DNA of 64,000 bases from Octopus bimaculoides (Eukaryota). Position numbers and translations under genes: made by a program. The notes below the pieces were generated by a model. It saw only the letters and a program-made list of their open reading frames with translations, searched no databases and had not been told where the DNA came from. Below are positions 61,450 through 64,000 of the stretch, one piece after another; positions within the stretch are counted from its first letter, which is position 1, and every line of letters begins with the position of its first letter. The stretch spans positions 84,990,409 to 85,054,408 of the forward strand of contig NC_068982.1 of NCBI RefSeq assembly GCF_001194135.2, written 5' to 3'.

Positions 61450-62070
61450 CAAGAAATGAACTTTAAACAATTCTATATTTTCCAATTTGTTCAATGATCT
61501 TTTGCCATCTTTCTGGCAACTTCATGATTTCATGCTCATAGAATTTCTGGTCCTTATCAGCCAAAAACTGAAGCAAGTGCAATTTCAGGTCATCATCATT
61601 ATTGAAAGCTTTATCATTCAAAGAATTTTGCAAACTTTGAAATAAATGGTAATCTGATGGTGCAAGGTCAGGGCTATATGGTGGATATGACATTACTTCC
61701 CAACCAAGCTGCAATAATTTTTTTCAAGTTAGCAAAGACGTGTGTAGTCTAACATTGTCATAGTGGAACAAGATTCCTTTACAATTTGCCAATTCTGGCT
61801 GTTTTCCTTTGATTACTTCCTCTAGTTTCATTAGTTGTTGACAGTAAACATCTGAATTGATCATCTGGTTCCTTGGAAGCAGCTCAAAATACACAGAACC
61901 TTTGTAATCCCACTAAATTGACAGCATGACCTTTTTTGATGCAAGTCAGCTTTCAATATGGTTTGTGCTGCTTCATTACACTTGGACCATGATTGTTTCC
62001 AATTGATGTTATTGTAGACAATCCATTATTCATCACCAGTGATGATTCATTAAATGCTTTTTGGCACTGT
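61450..62070 (-). mobile_element. mariner (DD34D) transposase 3' fragment
   Basis: ITGDE.WIVYNN, KKVMLS and WEVMSYPPYSPDLAPSDYHLFQSLQNSL...LPERWQKII. Confidence 0.88.
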
Positions 62071-62114
62071 TAACATTTTTACCATGTGTGTATGTGCCAG
62101 TGCATGTATTCATA

Positions 62115-62400
62115 TGTATCATCATCATCATCATCACCATGCTGGCATGGGTTGGACAGTCTGACCAGAGCTGGCAAGCTGCACCAGACTCCAGTCTGAT
62201 TTGGCATGATTTCTACAGCTGGATGCCCTTTCTAACACCAACCACTTTACAGAGTGTGCTGAGTGCTTTTATGTGGAACTGCATGGGCACTTTTACATGG
62301 TGCCACACAGACACTTTTATGTGGCACTGTACAGATGCATGAGCACTTTTACATGGCACCACACAGGCACTTTTACATGGCATCAGCACGAGTGCTTTTC
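62115..62400 (-). mobile_element. RTE 3'UTR fragment
   Basis: Same 3'UTR family, with (GAT)n tail and minisatellite. Confidence 0.8.
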
Positions 62401-62519
62401 ATTACCAGAAGGACCAGTCTTAAACACTTCTGCTGTGAAGTACAGGGAAGTACATGTGTATGTGTGTGTGTGTGTGTATATGTGTATACCCAATAATTCC
62501 AGCTGCATTTTGGCTCTAT

Positions 62520-62745
62520 TAACATTTTTACTAGACTTTGCAAAGAAAAGCAGAGACAGCTCAAGGAACGTCAGCAAAATCCTAGATGAGCTCATCTTCG
62601 TCGGAGTCCTCTTTGCTGCTCTTAGTGTAATCGGACATGTGCCTCCAGAATTGGCCTTTTCAACCATGAGAGGGCCTGCCAACACCATCAAGACAACCCC
62701 TAAGGATCAAAGATGATTTCATCATCTGTCAAGATGGACTGCCTT
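62520..62745 (+). mobile_element. RTE-BovB-like 3' end
   Basis: RLCKEKQRQLKERQ...CNRTCASRIGLFNHERAC. Confidence 0.7.
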
Positions 62746-62789
62746 AAGCAGTAAGTAAACAACACTAATTTCAAGAAACCAGCTAACCA

Positions 62790-64000
62790 ACCACCAAATC
62801 ACTTATCAATCTGGTGGGCACATGAGTCAGGTAGACTACATTCTCACCCAAAACAGGGATAGGCAGGTGCTTGTAAATGTGAAGTCCTATCCTAGTGAGG
62901 AATGCATAACTTGTCATAGATTAATGTCTTCAGATTTATGGTTAGATGGACTAAGTTTGAAAAAGAAGGTATGGAAGTTTAAGGACCCATTGAATAGTCA
63001 GAGATTTAAAAATATTTTAATTAAATCACGTGATGAGAAGTGGGACGAGATAGTGACATGTAACATAGATGACCACTGAAACTTCTTACTGTACAACCTA
63101 CTGAAGGCTATAGACCAAATCCATGGCTGGGCAGTATTTCAACCAAACCAAGGATGAAACGGTGGTAGAACAATGTGGTAGACAGGGCCATAAAATCAAA
63201 AAGATGGGCTTAGAAAGACACAGAAAATGGAGGCAGCAAAGAGCTATATCAGATAGCAAGAAGGGAATCTCGGCAAAAAGTTTATTTAGCAAAGGCTGAA
63301 GCAGGAAAAAAGAGGTTTTCCAATGTCTTACAGTGTGAGGATCAGAGACATGAGGTGTTTTGGATTGCTAGCCAAAATGTTATGGGTGAGATGTGTGTAG
63401 ATGGATAATGGCATGCTGAAAAGAAAGAGACGGGGAAATTCTAAAATGAAAGATTATTAAATGTAGAGAATACATGAGAGAGATGGAGTCTTCCCAATAT
63501 AAATCCAGCAGAGGGACCAGTTATCCTATCAGAAGCAGTATGATAAATAAGACAATTATAGATATGAAGACAAGAGTTACTGCTGAGATGCTTAAAATAT
63601 TTGTTACAGTAAGATATAGTCCAGCCATCCATATAGTTAACCAGGTTATTCAGGAAGGTGCCATGCCCAATGACTGGTGTAGCAGTATTAGAGTCAGCTG
63701 TTATAAGAGTAAAGGAGATCCCTTAGATAGAAGTAACTGCAGAGATATCAAATTGTTGGACCAAGTCTGAAGAAAGCCTTTCACAGAGGCCCTCACTCTA
63801 GGGTAGAGAAATGGTTTACAACAGCCATTCAAACCATGTACAGGAGTACTGTCAGTAAGGTAAGAGTAAGCCACGAGTACAGTGACAAATTTAGTGTACA
63901 AATAGGCATTCACAGGGCTCAATATTTGGTCTTCTCCTTTTCATCATTGTTCTCCAGGCCATAGAAAATTTAAGACCAGCTACTTCATGGGAACTATAAT
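62790..64000 (+). mobile_element. RTE LINE (APE end to RT), running off the window
   Basis: ITYQSGGHMSQVDYILT, CHRL, VWKFKD, NCRDIKLLDQV and GIHRAQYL. Confidence 0.82.

Overview
Eukaryotic, repeat-saturated genomic DNA with 13 N-gaps. The SINE/LINE families look like those of a coleoid cephalopod, probably Octopus (inference). There is no prokaryotic content and no CRISPR array. The only host gene I can support is on the minus strand: four short exons (29725-29592, 20735-20654, 19531-19456, 15568-15500) with canonical GT-AG sites that splice in frame into a MAP3K4/MEKK4-like peptide. The ORF track does not show them as a gene. The rest is mostly transposable-element debris, probably intronic: several Penelope-like element (PLE) lineages, RTE and RTE-BovB LINEs, a full-length dead Tx1/L1-clade LINE, two R4/Dong-like fragments, mariner, maT, Tigger, piggyBac and hAT remnants, a solo LTR and at least four SINE families. 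The most striking signal is a set of minimal type I hammerhead ribozyme (HHR) motifs from four unrelated repeat families, each with a palindromic (dimer-type) stem III, intact in two motifs and reconstructed in the others. They include (i) a tRNA-headed SINE-like element whose 3' part is a core-intact HHR, flanked by a 60-bp perfect inverted copy, and (ii) a 345-bp tandem HHR repeat (retrozyme/pLTR-like) into which the Tx1 element inserted, with a 16-bp target-site duplication, right at the ribozyme's 5' edge. All alignments were done by eye. Family names come from recalled motifs, not database searches, and many TE boundaries are approximate.
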